Source: an uncultured Atribacterota bacterium | GTDB lineage: Bacteria > Atribacterota > Phoenicimicrobiia > Phoenicimicrobiales > Stramentimicrobiaceae | Length of the DNA stretch: 55,108 bases | Assembly: GCA_964636625.1 (NCBI GenBank) | Contig: CAZWUL010000002.1 | Span: 1-55,108, forward strand | Direction: 5' to 3' | In this document: in pieces, positions 1-8,198 of the stretch | Layout of the letters: each line of letters opens with the position of its first letter | Numbering within the stretch: position 1 is the stretch's first letter | Translations under genes and position numbers: made by a program | Notes under the pieces: model-generated | Databases searched by the model: none | The model's input: the letters and a program-made list of their open reading frames with translations, nothing else | Told to the model about the DNA's origin: nothing

Positions 1-18
1 TATGATAAGAGGAACCTG

Positions 19-1173
19 ATGAGAATTTTAATCGTCGGCGCTGGACCGATTGGCTGTTATGCAGCTCAACTATTGAAAAAAATAGGTTATGAGCCTATAT
101 TACTGGAAGAACATCCCAGTGTAGGGAAGCCGGTACAGTGTGCTGGAATTGTATCATCAAAATTAATTTCTACTTTAAAACCTTTTATCTCTGAATCTGC
201 AATTGTGAACCGGATTAACAGTTTTGCCATTAATACTCCATGGACAGAAGAATTTTACCTTAACATTCCAGGAGTCGCCTGTATTTTGAATAGAGAAAAA
301 TTTGATTTAGATATAGGTCAGGGTCTAGATATTCATTTAAAAAGCCGTGTTACTAAAATAGAAAAAGAAGATTCCGGTTATCGTGTTTATACAGAAAAAA
401 GCGAAAGTTTTTTGACAGACCTGCTCATTGGTGCTGATGGTACTGATTCAATTGTTCGTAAATACATGTTTGATAACTATGTAAGTAAATACAAAAATAA
501 TAATAATTTAAAAATAAATTATTATTATGGCATGCAATACCAGATAAAGTTGAAAGAAATGTATCAAGGCATTACCAATGATTCTATAAAGGTGTATTTT
601 GATGATAATATACCTTTCTTTCTCTGGATTATTTTAGAAAATTCCAAAACATTGCGTGTTGGAGTTGTAGGAACATTGCCAGAAAATGCCAAAAAAAAAT
701 TGGATGAATATCTCTACAGAAAAAAGATTAAAGGTGAAATTGTTGATGTTATTGCTGGTAAAATAGCAATTGGTTATATACCTACTTATTATGATAATAT
801 TGCCTTAATAGGAGATGCTGCCTGTCAGACAAAGCCCTTGACTGGAGGTGGAATTTCTTATGGTATTTATTCTGTTCGTATCCTTATTGATTGCATCAAA
901 GAGAATAAATTAGAAGAATACGACTGGAGATGGAAAAAAAAGTTTAGTAAAGAAATTAAATTTGGTTTGAAGGCCAGGAGAATGTATGAAGATTTAGATA
1001 ATGATAATAGAGTAAATCTTTTTCATCTTTTTAAAAAATATTCTAGTTTTATTGAACAGGTCGTTGAATTTGACAATCATTACAGTCTATTTCAAGCAGC
1101 CTTGAATAATCCACAAATATTAGTAGATGCAGGAAAACTTTTAGGAAATTACATGAAAGACATGATAAAATAG
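19..1173 (+). CDS. FAD-dependent oxidoreductase, geranylgeranyl-reductase family
   Basis: 384-aa ORF. N-terminal dinucleotide-binding motif ILIVGAGPIGCYAA...LLEE and a later IALIGDAACQTKPLTGGGI motif, both typical of GGR/FixC-like flavoproteins. Confidence 0.7.
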   Translation: MRILIVGAGPIGCYAAQLLKKIGYEPILLEEHPSVGKPVQCAGIVSSKLISTLKPFISESAIVNRINSFAINTPWTEEFYLNIPGVACILNREKFDLDIGQGLDIHLKSRVTKIEKEDSGYRVYTEKSESFLTDLLIGADGTDSIVRKYMFDNYVSKYKNNNNLKINYYYGMQYQIKLKEMYQGITNDSIKVYFDDNIPFFLWIILENSKTLRVGVVGTLPENAKKKLDEYLYRKKIKGEIVDVIAGKIAIGYIPTYYDNIALIGDAACQTKPLTGGGISYGIYSVRILIDCIKENKLEEYDWRWKKKFSKEIKFGLKARRMYEDLDNDNRVNLFHLFKKYSSFIEQVVEFDNHYSLFQAALNNPQILVDAGKLLGNYMKDMIK

Positions 1174-1235
1174 ATTATGTTTGGATTTAGATTATAATAT
1201 ACCAAGATAGCTAAGATATATAGGAGGGAGATTAT

Positions 1236-2306
1236 ATGAAAGCAATTATATTGTGTGCCGGTAAAGGAACTCGATTAAGACCCCTGACTTATACCAGTGC
1301 AAAGCACCTTATTCCGCTGGCCAATAAACCTGCCCTGGAATATGGAATTGAGAAAATTAAAGATTGCGGGATAAGTGATATTGGAATTATTATAGGCGAG
1401 GAAACCGGAGAAGATATTAAGCGTGAAATAGGAAATGGACAAAAGTGGGGAATTAATATTAGTTACATTATGCAGGAGGAACCGTTAGGGCTGGCACATG
1501 CGGTAAAAGTTGCCAGAGATTTTTTACAGGATGAATCTTTTTTGATGTACCTGGGGGATAATCTTTTGAAAAGTGGTGTTATGCAATATCGCCAGCAATT
1601 TGAGGAAGGAAAGAAACAGGCTTTTGTGCTGCTGACTCATGTTGAGAATCCCCAGGCTTTTGGTGTAGTTGAGCTGAAAGATAAGAAAATTGTACGTATG
1701 ATTGAAAAACCAAAAGACCCGCCAACAGATTTGGCATTAATTGGTGTTTACTTTTTCGATAAGACTATTCATAAAGCCATTGACAATATTAAGCCTTCAG
1801 ATAGGGGAGAATATGAGATTACTGATGCCATTCAATGGCTTGTAGATAATAAGCATGATGTAGAAGCAGAAGTTATTGAAGGATGGTGGAAGGATACTGG
1901 TAAACCGGAAGATATAATTGAAGCCAACCGGTTGATTCTGGAGGACATTCATCGGGATTTAGGGGATGCGATTATTGACAATAAATCAAAGGTGTTTGGT
2001 AGGGTCAATATGGGGAAAAATGCCGAAGTAATTAATTCAACTATATTGGGACCAGTTGTAATTGGTGAAAATGCCAAGATTATAAATTCCTATGTTGGAC
2101 CATTCACCTCTTTATCTGCTGGGGTTAATATCGAAAATAGCGAGATTGAATATAGTGTTATAATGTCCAATACTCATATTGATAGCATTAAATGCAGAAT
2201 GCAGAATTGTCTGATAGGAAAAGATGTGGAAATTTACCGGTCAGAAGAAATGCCCAGGATATATGAATTTGTTCTATCAGATGATAGCAGGATTAGATTA
2301 ATATAG
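1236..2306 (+). CDS. Sugar-1-phosphate nucleotidylyltransferase (long-form glucose-1-phosphate thymidylyltransferase-like, with C-terminal left-handed beta-helix)
   Basis: N-terminal ILCAGKGTRLRPLTYTSAKHLIP signature. C-terminal hexapeptide-like repeats (VINSTILGPVVIGENAKIINSYVGP...). GGAGGG SD 6-7 nt upstream. Confidence 0.8.
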   Translation: MKAIILCAGKGTRLRPLTYTSAKHLIPLANKPALEYGIEKIKDCGISDIGIIIGEETGEDIKREIGNGQKWGINISYIMQEEPLGLAHAVKVARDFLQDESFLMYLGDNLLKSGVMQYRQQFEEGKKQAFVLLTHVENPQAFGVVELKDKKIVRMIEKPKDPPTDLALIGVYFFDKTIHKAIDNIKPSDRGEYEITDAIQWLVDNKHDVEAEVIEGWWKDTGKPEDIIEANRLILEDIHRDLGDAIIDNKSKVFGRVNMGKNAEVINSTILGPVVIGENAKIINSYVGPFTSLSAGVNIENSEIEYSVIMSNTHIDSIKCRMQNCLIGKDVEIYRSEEMPRIYEFVLSDDSRIRLI

Positions 2307-2342
2307 GAATTATTCTAATTTAGAAAAAGTTAAATAACAGTA

Positions 2343-5300
2343 TTAGAATGAAATACCTGTTTGAAAGTGAAAACGGAATTGGGAAGGTCCTGAGAGGGCT
2401 TTTCCAATTCCCACAGTTAGAATAAAAGGATTGCTCTGTGCTTGCTTAAATTTGAAACTTAACTCGGCACCGATAGATGTATTTATTTCAGAAGGAATTT
2501 GTGAAAGCTTGCCTTCCCAGGCCTGTCCTGTATCTATAAAAAGAGAGCCGGATACTCTATCCAAAAAGATTGAAGCCCAGTCAAAACCTATTTTCTTCTC
2601 AACAGTCATAATTGGAAAACGATATTCCAGACTGGCAGAAATTAGATTGTTACCGCTAAAGCTCGAAGCAGAAAAGCCCCTGAGGGGGAAAGAATTATTA
2701 TTTACTGTATTTAAACCAGGGTTGCTTGAATTACCTCCAAGGTAAAACTTCTCCTTTTTATTTAGTCCATCTGTTGAAAAGCCGGCAACTAGGCGAAGTG
2801 CTATCACCTGATTTTGAGCTGGGAGAGGAAAATATTTTCTTCCATCAAATAATATTTTATTGAAAGTTAAATCACTTCCAATTATTTTATTGGCATGTTG
2901 ATAACTCAAAGAGAAGGAAGAACCAATTTCAGGACTGATAGAAGATTGGTAGCTTTCGGTGTCATTATATCTGTAATTAAGAATTAAAGAATTAATCTTT
3001 TTAGAAAAAGTTGTATCACTGTCATTTTCTTCAATATTGTAACTGTATAATTTATTTTGAAAGCCAAGAGAAATATTTTCAGAAAAATAACGTGCTGAGT
3101 CCTGCTGGGAAGTGTATCCTTTTCTGGGAAAATTTAATTTAGCCTGATATATAGAACTGGTATACTCTGCATCAAAAAAGTTTTTTATTTCGTTGTTTTC
3201 CAGCAGAGTTTCGCCCTGCCAGGAGACTGACAAGAATGGTTTTCGTGAATAATCATAAAATTCAATGTCATAATAAAGAGCAGGGCTAAAGACTCCCCAT
3301 GCTAAATTAAATGGAATATTATAGAATTTTAAATAATCTTGAGCCAGGCTGGAAAAACCAAGGTAAAGGTCCTTTGAGGTCAGGGCAAAATAAGGAGTCC
3401 AGTAAGTTGGAGAAATGCTTTCCCAGGAAGAGTAATCTTTGGTTTGATAGGTATAACACAGGGGACGGTTCTCTGTATCACGATGTGTGTTCTCATTCTG
3501 GGTATAATAATCCCGATACAGAGAACCGTCCCCTGTATCTTCTGAATCTTCTACTGGTTTCCAGAGTAGATTATGGGTTTTGGTTAAATGAAGCTCATAG
3601 CCAGAAGCATGGTATTGAATAAAAGCCAGTTCCTGGCCATCTGGTGAAATTGCCGGTTCGAAGGCTCCCGTTATGACATTTGTCAGCCTAAACAGCTGGT
3701 TTTCTTTTATATCACTGGCATACAAGTTGAAGATACCGCTTCGGTCTGAGGAAAAATATATATATCTTCCATCCGGAGACCAGTTCGGACTGATGTCAGT
3801 ATGTTTGTTCCGGGTAATAGCCCTGATGTTTTCTATTTTATTACTTTTATCCAATTCTAAAATATAAATATCTTGATATCCGTCCTTCCACATGGAGAAA
3901 GCTATTTGCTTGCCATCTGGAGACCAGACTGGTTGTGTAACCTGTGTTCCATCATGATAGTCAGTAAGAAATGTCAGGTTATCATCAGTCAGTAATTCTA
4001 CCTGGTAGTCATTATTTTTCTTTAGTGCTTCCAAATAATTATTTTCAAGAGAAAATAAGACAAGATTGTTGCTGCCGGCATGATTCACAACTGCAACAAT
4101 AGTGTTATTAGAAATGTCTGGATGCCAGCTGGGGTCTTTAATTCTCAGCCCCTCGGTAAGCCTTATCTGTTTTCCGGTTTCCAGGTGGTATAAAAAAAGG
4201 TCATGATACTGGTAAAATTCTTCATAATTGAGAAGTTTGGTATAAATGAGGTACTTGTTATCCGGTGATAAGGAATAAGAAGTACCATGACCGGTAGTCC
4301 TGTTAATTATAGTTCTTTCTTCACTTGTTGCAGGATTATAAGTGCGAATAGTGGGGTATAGTTCAATATTAGTGACTTTATAAAGCAAAGACAGTGTATC
4401 AATATTATTGCTTTGCCACCAGCCTGGATTATCAACCCAGTATTTATGGTTTGTTAACTGTTCAGATACTGTAGGTTGACTATAATGATATACTTCTTCC
4501 AGCTGTTTTTGATAATGGCTATATTGCTCGTTTTGCCAATCTTCATACAATTCATCCTGATTAATCCCCAGAACTTTTCGTATAGCCCAGTTCATTCCTA
4601 ATAGCGGATAAGTACAGAATTTCTCACTAACGGCTATCAGCTTTTCTTCACCGTATTTTTGAGCGATATAATGAACCAGAGATTGTCCATAAATATACGG
4701 AGTACTACCACCTGGCCAGGAAGTAAGATATGAGCTTTGTAGTAGTTTTAAATCTTTTTGTGTACCTTCTAAGAAATCAGTGCGCAGATACATTTCATAT
4801 CTGTTGTCTACCAATCTACCACCTGAGCTCCATTTGCTCTCATTATAAATAGCTAATCCTTCAATAGCCCACATTGGTTGAAGGGCATTGGGAGCAATAA
4901 TCTGTCCCAGGAAAAAACGGAGAAAAGTAGTCCCTTTGCTGGTCATATCAAAATGAGCTAAATGGGTATATTCGTGAATTAGTAAAATCTTTAACCAGTT
5001 TTCAAACTTAGTATCAAAGTTTTTAAAATGTGGGGCACTAAGGTTTAATCGAATAACACGATGTGGGAGGACAGAAGCAAAACCATAAACAGAATCACTA
5101 AAGTCTTCCAAAGTAATGGCTATTTTCTTGTTTTTGCGAAAGGGCTCACCAAAATAGGGAGTTATCTGCTGGTAGGTTTCCTCAGCGATATCAATGATAT
5201 CAAAGGCAATATTTTGATAATCAAATGGTCTCTGTATCGGGCTCTTCCCTGGGAAAATTACTAAAAAATGCTTACTTTCGGTTACCTGCCATTCAAGTGA

Positions 5301-5411
5301 TGAGTCATAAGAGCTTGACTGAGCTACAACAGATAAACAGATTATCTGAAATAGAATAAGTATTGTTATTAAAAAAATATAATTAAATTTATTATTTTTT
5401 ATTTTAAACAT
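2343..5411 (-). CDS. Outer-membrane multidomain protein: signal peptide + HExxH (peptidase MA-like) domain + TolB-type PD40 beta-propeller + C-terminal Omp85/surface-antigen-like beta-barrel
   Basis: 1022-aa ORF. Hydrophobic N-terminus ending VVAQS. LLIHEYTHLAH at residues 143-153 (nt 4962-4976 encode HEYTH). PD40-like motifs: SPDNKYLIY, WSPDGKQIAFS, WSPDGRYIYFSSDRSG, ISPDGQELAF. Barrel motif: LGGNSS...FPLRGFSASSFSGNNLISASLEYRFPI. C-terminal ...FQTGISF with terminal Phe. Confidence 0.65.
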   Translation of the reverse strand: MFKIKNNKFNYIFLITILILFQIICLSVVAQSSSYDSSLEWQVTESKHFLVIFPGKSPIQRPFDYQNIAFDIIDIAEETYQQITPYFGEPFRKNKKIAITLEDFSDSVYGFASVLPHRVIRLNLSAPHFKNFDTKFENWLKILLIHEYTHLAHFDMTSKGTTFLRFFLGQIIAPNALQPMWAIEGLAIYNESKWSSGGRLVDNRYEMYLRTDFLEGTQKDLKLLQSSYLTSWPGGSTPYIYGQSLVHYIAQKYGEEKLIAVSEKFCTYPLLGMNWAIRKVLGINQDELYEDWQNEQYSHYQKQLEEVYHYSQPTVSEQLTNHKYWVDNPGWWQSNNIDTLSLLYKVTNIELYPTIRTYNPATSEERTIINRTTGHGTSYSLSPDNKYLIYTKLLNYEEFYQYHDLFLYHLETGKQIRLTEGLRIKDPSWHPDISNNTIVAVVNHAGSNNLVLFSLENNYLEALKKNNDYQVELLTDDNLTFLTDYHDGTQVTQPVWSPDGKQIAFSMWKDGYQDIYILELDKSNKIENIRAITRNKHTDISPNWSPDGRYIYFSSDRSGIFNLYASDIKENQLFRLTNVITGAFEPAISPDGQELAFIQYHASGYELHLTKTHNLLWKPVEDSEDTGDGSLYRDYYTQNENTHRDTENRPLCYTYQTKDYSSWESISPTYWTPYFALTSKDLYLGFSSLAQDYLKFYNIPFNLAWGVFSPALYYDIEFYDYSRKPFLSVSWQGETLLENNEIKNFFDAEYTSSIYQAKLNFPRKGYTSQQDSARYFSENISLGFQNKLYSYNIEENDSDTTFSKKINSLILNYRYNDTESYQSSISPEIGSSFSLSYQHANKIIGSDLTFNKILFDGRKYFPLPAQNQVIALRLVAGFSTDGLNKKEKFYLGGNSSNPGLNTVNNNSFPLRGFSASSFSGNNLISASLEYRFPIMTVEKKIGFDWASIFLDRVSGSLFIDTGQAWEGKLSQIPSEINTSIGAELSFKFKQAQSNPFILTVGIGKALSGPSQFRFHFQTGISF
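3458..3536. repeat. Perfect 22-bp inverted repeat (arms 3458-3479 and 3515-3536, 35-nt spacer) inside the OM-protein CDS
   Basis: acaggggacggttctctgtatc ... gatacagagaaccgtcccctgt. The arms are exact reverse complements, checked base by base. Confidence 0.95.
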
Positions 5412-5509
5412 TTCTGATATTATATTCTCCTGAAGCTATAATCTATATTTACTACTATAACTTGTTTTATAATTCCTTACAATAAAAACAAATAAAAAAT
5501 AGTTATGTC

Positions 5510-5538
5510 TTGGAAACCATATTTATATTAGGTATAAT
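5510..5538 (+). promoter_or_regulatory. Sigma-70-type promoter candidate for the amidohydrolase gene
   Basis: TTGGAA (5510-5515), 17-nt spacer, TATAAT (5533-5538), about 35 nt upstream of the TTG start at 5574. Confidence 0.45.
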
Positions 5539-5573
5539 AAAAATTAATTTAGTACAAAAGGCGGAGGTAAGTT

Positions 5574-6707
5574 TTGGTAGCAAAAAAGGAAAAAAATAGA
5601 AAGAATTTCCCCAGCACAAAAAAGAAAAAATTATTTGATATTTTGTTTTATAGCATAAGTGCAGTAGTTATTCTGGTTCTGCTTTTTATCGGGTTAAGAC
5701 AAAGAGGATTATTACCGTTATGGCTCGATAATCTTCCTTCGAAACAGATTGCAGAAATATCAGAGGAAGTCAAGGAGAGAAGGGCAGGATTTCATATTAT
5801 TAATGCCCATGAGCATGTCCAAAGTGAGGAGAATATTCCTATGCTAAAGAATGCAATGGAGGATTGCCAGGTTGAAAAAATGGTCATACTGGGAACCTCA
5901 GATTTTACTTTTTATCTGGATCCCGACTATGGATTTACTGGATATGATGAAAATAATGAGACTATTATAAAAATCAGCCAGGAATACCCTGATAAATTTG
6001 CAGCCCTGATAACAATGGATCCACGTGATGATGATAAGCTGGAGAAATTAAAAAAATATATGGAAGAAGGAGCAGCAGGAGTAAAATTATATAATGGTCA
6101 TGGCAGTTTTTATGATTTGTTTTTTAACAGTCCGATAGATGAACCAGGTATGATGGAGGTATATGAGTATTGTGAAAAAGAAGGCATCCCTATTTTGCAT
6201 CATATTAACACCGGAAGATTTCTAGAAGAAATGGAACATATTTGTCAGGAGCATCCTGATTTGATACAGATTATTCCACATTTTATGTTATCATCTGGCA
6301 ATTTAACAAGATTGACAAGATTAATGGATACCTATCCAAATCTGTATACTGATATTAGTTTTGGTCATCCTGATTTTCTGGTAGCCGGATTTGGAAGAAT
6401 ATCCAATAATCACCTTGCCTTCAGAGAATTTATGAAAAAGTACCAGGACCGTATAACTTATGGAACAGATTTAGTAGTTACTACCTATATGGCCAAGACA
6501 AGGGCTTATATAAATGATGTCCATTTGGCTTATATGGATTTATTGGAAAAAGATGAATTTACCTTAACAAAAAGTATTTATAATATGATGTCCCGGGATG
6601 CCCGAGAAAGAGTTGATCAGGACAGAGTGTACAGAGGACTAAATTTGGATGACGAAGCTTTGCGGATGATTTATCATGATAATGCAATGAAATTGTTTTT
6701 TCAATAG
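5574..6707 (+). CDS. Membrane-anchored amidohydrolase-family (TIM-barrel metal-dependent hydrolase) protein
   Basis: 377-aa ORF with TTG start after a GGAGGT SD. N-terminal TM helix (LFDILFYSISAVVILVLLFIGL). HxH metal motif (INAHEHV) and later His/Asp residues (HHINTG, TDISFGHPD, YGTD). Confidence 0.6.
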   Translation: MVAKKEKNRKNFPSTKKKKLFDILFYSISAVVILVLLFIGLRQRGLLPLWLDNLPSKQIAEISEEVKERRAGFHIINAHEHVQSEENIPMLKNAMEDCQVEKMVILGTSDFTFYLDPDYGFTGYDENNETIIKISQEYPDKFAALITMDPRDDDKLEKLKKYMEEGAAGVKLYNGHGSFYDLFFNSPIDEPGMMEVYEYCEKEGIPILHHINTGRFLEEMEHICQEHPDLIQIIPHFMLSSGNLTRLTRLMDTYPNLYTDISFGHPDFLVAGFGRISNNHLAFREFMKKYQDRITYGTDLVVTTYMAKTRAYINDVHLAYMDLLEKDEFTLTKSIYNMMSRDARERVDQDRVYRGLNLDDEALRMIYHDNAMKLFFQ

Positions 6708-6770
6708 TTTTCAGTGGTCAGTTTCCGGTTTACAGGTGAAAATACAAAGAATAAAAAGGTGCCAGGTGCA

Positions 6771-6833
6771 AGTTGCAAGTTTCGAGTAAAAACAATTTCC
6801 CAATTTACCAGTTGGCCGGTTTACCAATTAAAA
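6771..6833 (+). repeat. Intergenic direct repeat, copy 1
   Basis: agttgcaagtttcgagt...caatttaccagttggccggtttaccaattaaaa. Matches 6883-6944 at 16/17 nt and 29/33 nt in the two conserved blocks. Confidence 0.85.
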
Positions 6834-6849
6834 CCGTATAGAGTATTTC

Positions 6850-6874
6850 GTATACCGTATAACGTGAAGAAAAA
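6850..6874 (+). repeat. 25-nt dispersed motif gtataccgtataacgtgaagaaaaa (copy A), embedded in tandem TAT(A/T)NCG heptads
   Basis: Identical 25-mer recurs at 29463-29487. Locally preceded by ccgtata gag tatttcg tataccg tataacg. Confidence 0.9.
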
Positions 6875-6882
6875 CAAATAAC

Positions 6883-6944
6883 AGTTGCAAGTTTTGAGTT
6901 GCGAATAATTCAATTTACCAATCGGCTGGTTTACCAATTAAAAA
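6883..6944 (+). repeat. Intergenic direct repeat, copy 2
   Basis: agttgcaagttttgagt...caatttaccaatcggctggtttaccaattaaaa. Offset about 112 nt from copy 1. Confidence 0.85.
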
Positions 6945-7023
6945 AGACAGTTTTAGGTAATTTTGGTTGGTAGATAAACAGATGAAATGATGGGTAGATT
7001 TTATAAAGGGGAACCTATAAAGA

Positions 7024-7962
7024 GTGAATTATATTTTAGTTGCAGGAATTGCTTTTTTTGTTTCATATATCATAACTCCATTTATAGCCCAGGTAGGGAA
7101 AAAACAAAATCTTGTTGACCGGCCTGGTTTTCGCAAAATACATAGTAATTCAATCCCAAATTTGGGAGGAATAGTAATATTTTTTGGTTTTATACTTAGT
7201 ATATTATTTGTTATACCTATTGAAGGCAGGGCAAAAGGGCTGTTAGCAGGAAGTGTGATTATACTTCTTTTAGGTATTATTGATGATATTGCAGATATAA
7301 AGCCGCGATATAAGTTCTTGATTCAGTTAGTACCTGCTTTACTGCTTATAGGCTACCATTATCAAATTATTAACCAATTTATTATTAACCAATTATCATT
7401 TTTGAGTATTCTGGGTTATTTACTTTATCCAATTATGTTATTCTGGATTACCGGGGTAACAAATTCAATCAATCTAATAGATGGTCTGGATGGCTTAGCA
7501 TGCGGGGTTTCAATTATATCCCTGGTTAGTTTTTTTATCTTAGGGGTTATTATTGATGGCAATTTTGAATTATATAACCTTCTGAATATAGCTCTTTTAG
7601 GAAGCATGCTGGCTTTTTTCCGTTATAATTTTTATCCAGCCAAAATGTTCTTAGGTGATTCAGGGAGTACCTTTGCAGGGTATATGCTGGCATCAATTGG
7701 GGGCTTGTGGGTAATAGTATCTGAAAATGCTTTATTTTTAATAGTACCATTAATTGTACTTGCTCTTCCGGTAGGAGATACTATTTTTGCAATTTTTAGG
7801 AGATATAAAAATAAAAAGCCTATTTTTCAGGCAGACCAGGGACATTTGCATCACCGGTTATTAAACAGAGGAATTTCGCACCGGAATGTTGTTTTAATTT
7901 TGTTGGGAATTAATGCATTATGCTGTTTACTGGCATTGGCGATTGTATTGAGTGTTAAATAA
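7024..7962 (+). CDS. Polyprenyl-phosphate N-acetylhexosamine-1-phosphate transferase (glycosyltransferase family 4, WecA/TagO/MraY family)
   Basis: 312-aa polytopic ORF with GTG start. Mg-binding LLGIIDDIADIKP, NSINLIDGLDGLA motif, and GHLHHRLL motif. Confidence 0.85.
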   Translation: MNYILVAGIAFFVSYIITPFIAQVGKKQNLVDRPGFRKIHSNSIPNLGGIVIFFGFILSILFVIPIEGRAKGLLAGSVIILLLGIIDDIADIKPRYKFLIQLVPALLLIGYHYQIINQFIINQLSFLSILGYLLYPIMLFWITGVTNSINLIDGLDGLACGVSIISLVSFFILGVIIDGNFELYNLLNIALLGSMLAFFRYNFYPAKMFLGDSGSTFAGYMLASIGGLWVIVSENALFLIVPLIVLALPVGDTIFAIFRRYKNKKPIFQADQGHLHHRLLNRGISHRNVVLILLGINALCCLLALAIVLSVK

Positions 7963-7964
7963 AA

Positions 7965-8020
7965 ATAGTATCGAGTCAAGAATACAGTAATGAGTAACAA
8001 GTGATGGGTAATAAGCAAAG
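7965..8020 (+). repeat. Intergenic direct repeat, copy 1 (about 56 nt)
   Basis: atagtatcgagtcaagaatacagtaatgagtaa is identical over 33 nt to 8143-8175. The remaining 23 nt differ at 3-4 positions. Confidence 0.9.
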
Positions 8021-8142
8021 ATTAAATATTAATTCTTACAACTAAAAATACCAATCTTCTATTCTTGACTATAAACTAAAAACTATTCTTCTTAAATATT
8101 GCTCTTTTACTAAATACTAACTACCAACGACTAACTACTAAT

Positions 8143-8198
8143 ATAGTATCGAGTCAAGAATACAGTAATGAGTAATAAGTAATGAGTAATAAGCAAAA
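8143..8198 (+). repeat. Intergenic direct repeat, copy 2 (about 56 nt)
   Basis: Same as 7965-8020. An 11-nt inverted match (tattcttgact, 8060-8070) lies between the copies. Confidence 0.9.

Noticed and set aside
2431-3622. + strand ORFs 2431-2745 and 3311-3622 inside the OM-protein gene.
   Set aside because: They are antisense to a 1022-aa ORF with clear domain signatures. The second one merely mirrors the palindrome-encoded peptides.
7965-8198. Possible CRISPR array, based on identical 33-nt repeats.
   Set aside because: There are only two copies, about 178 nt apart, with the repeats extending imperfectly. The 'spacer' is low complexity and partly complementary to the repeats, and no cas genes are present.
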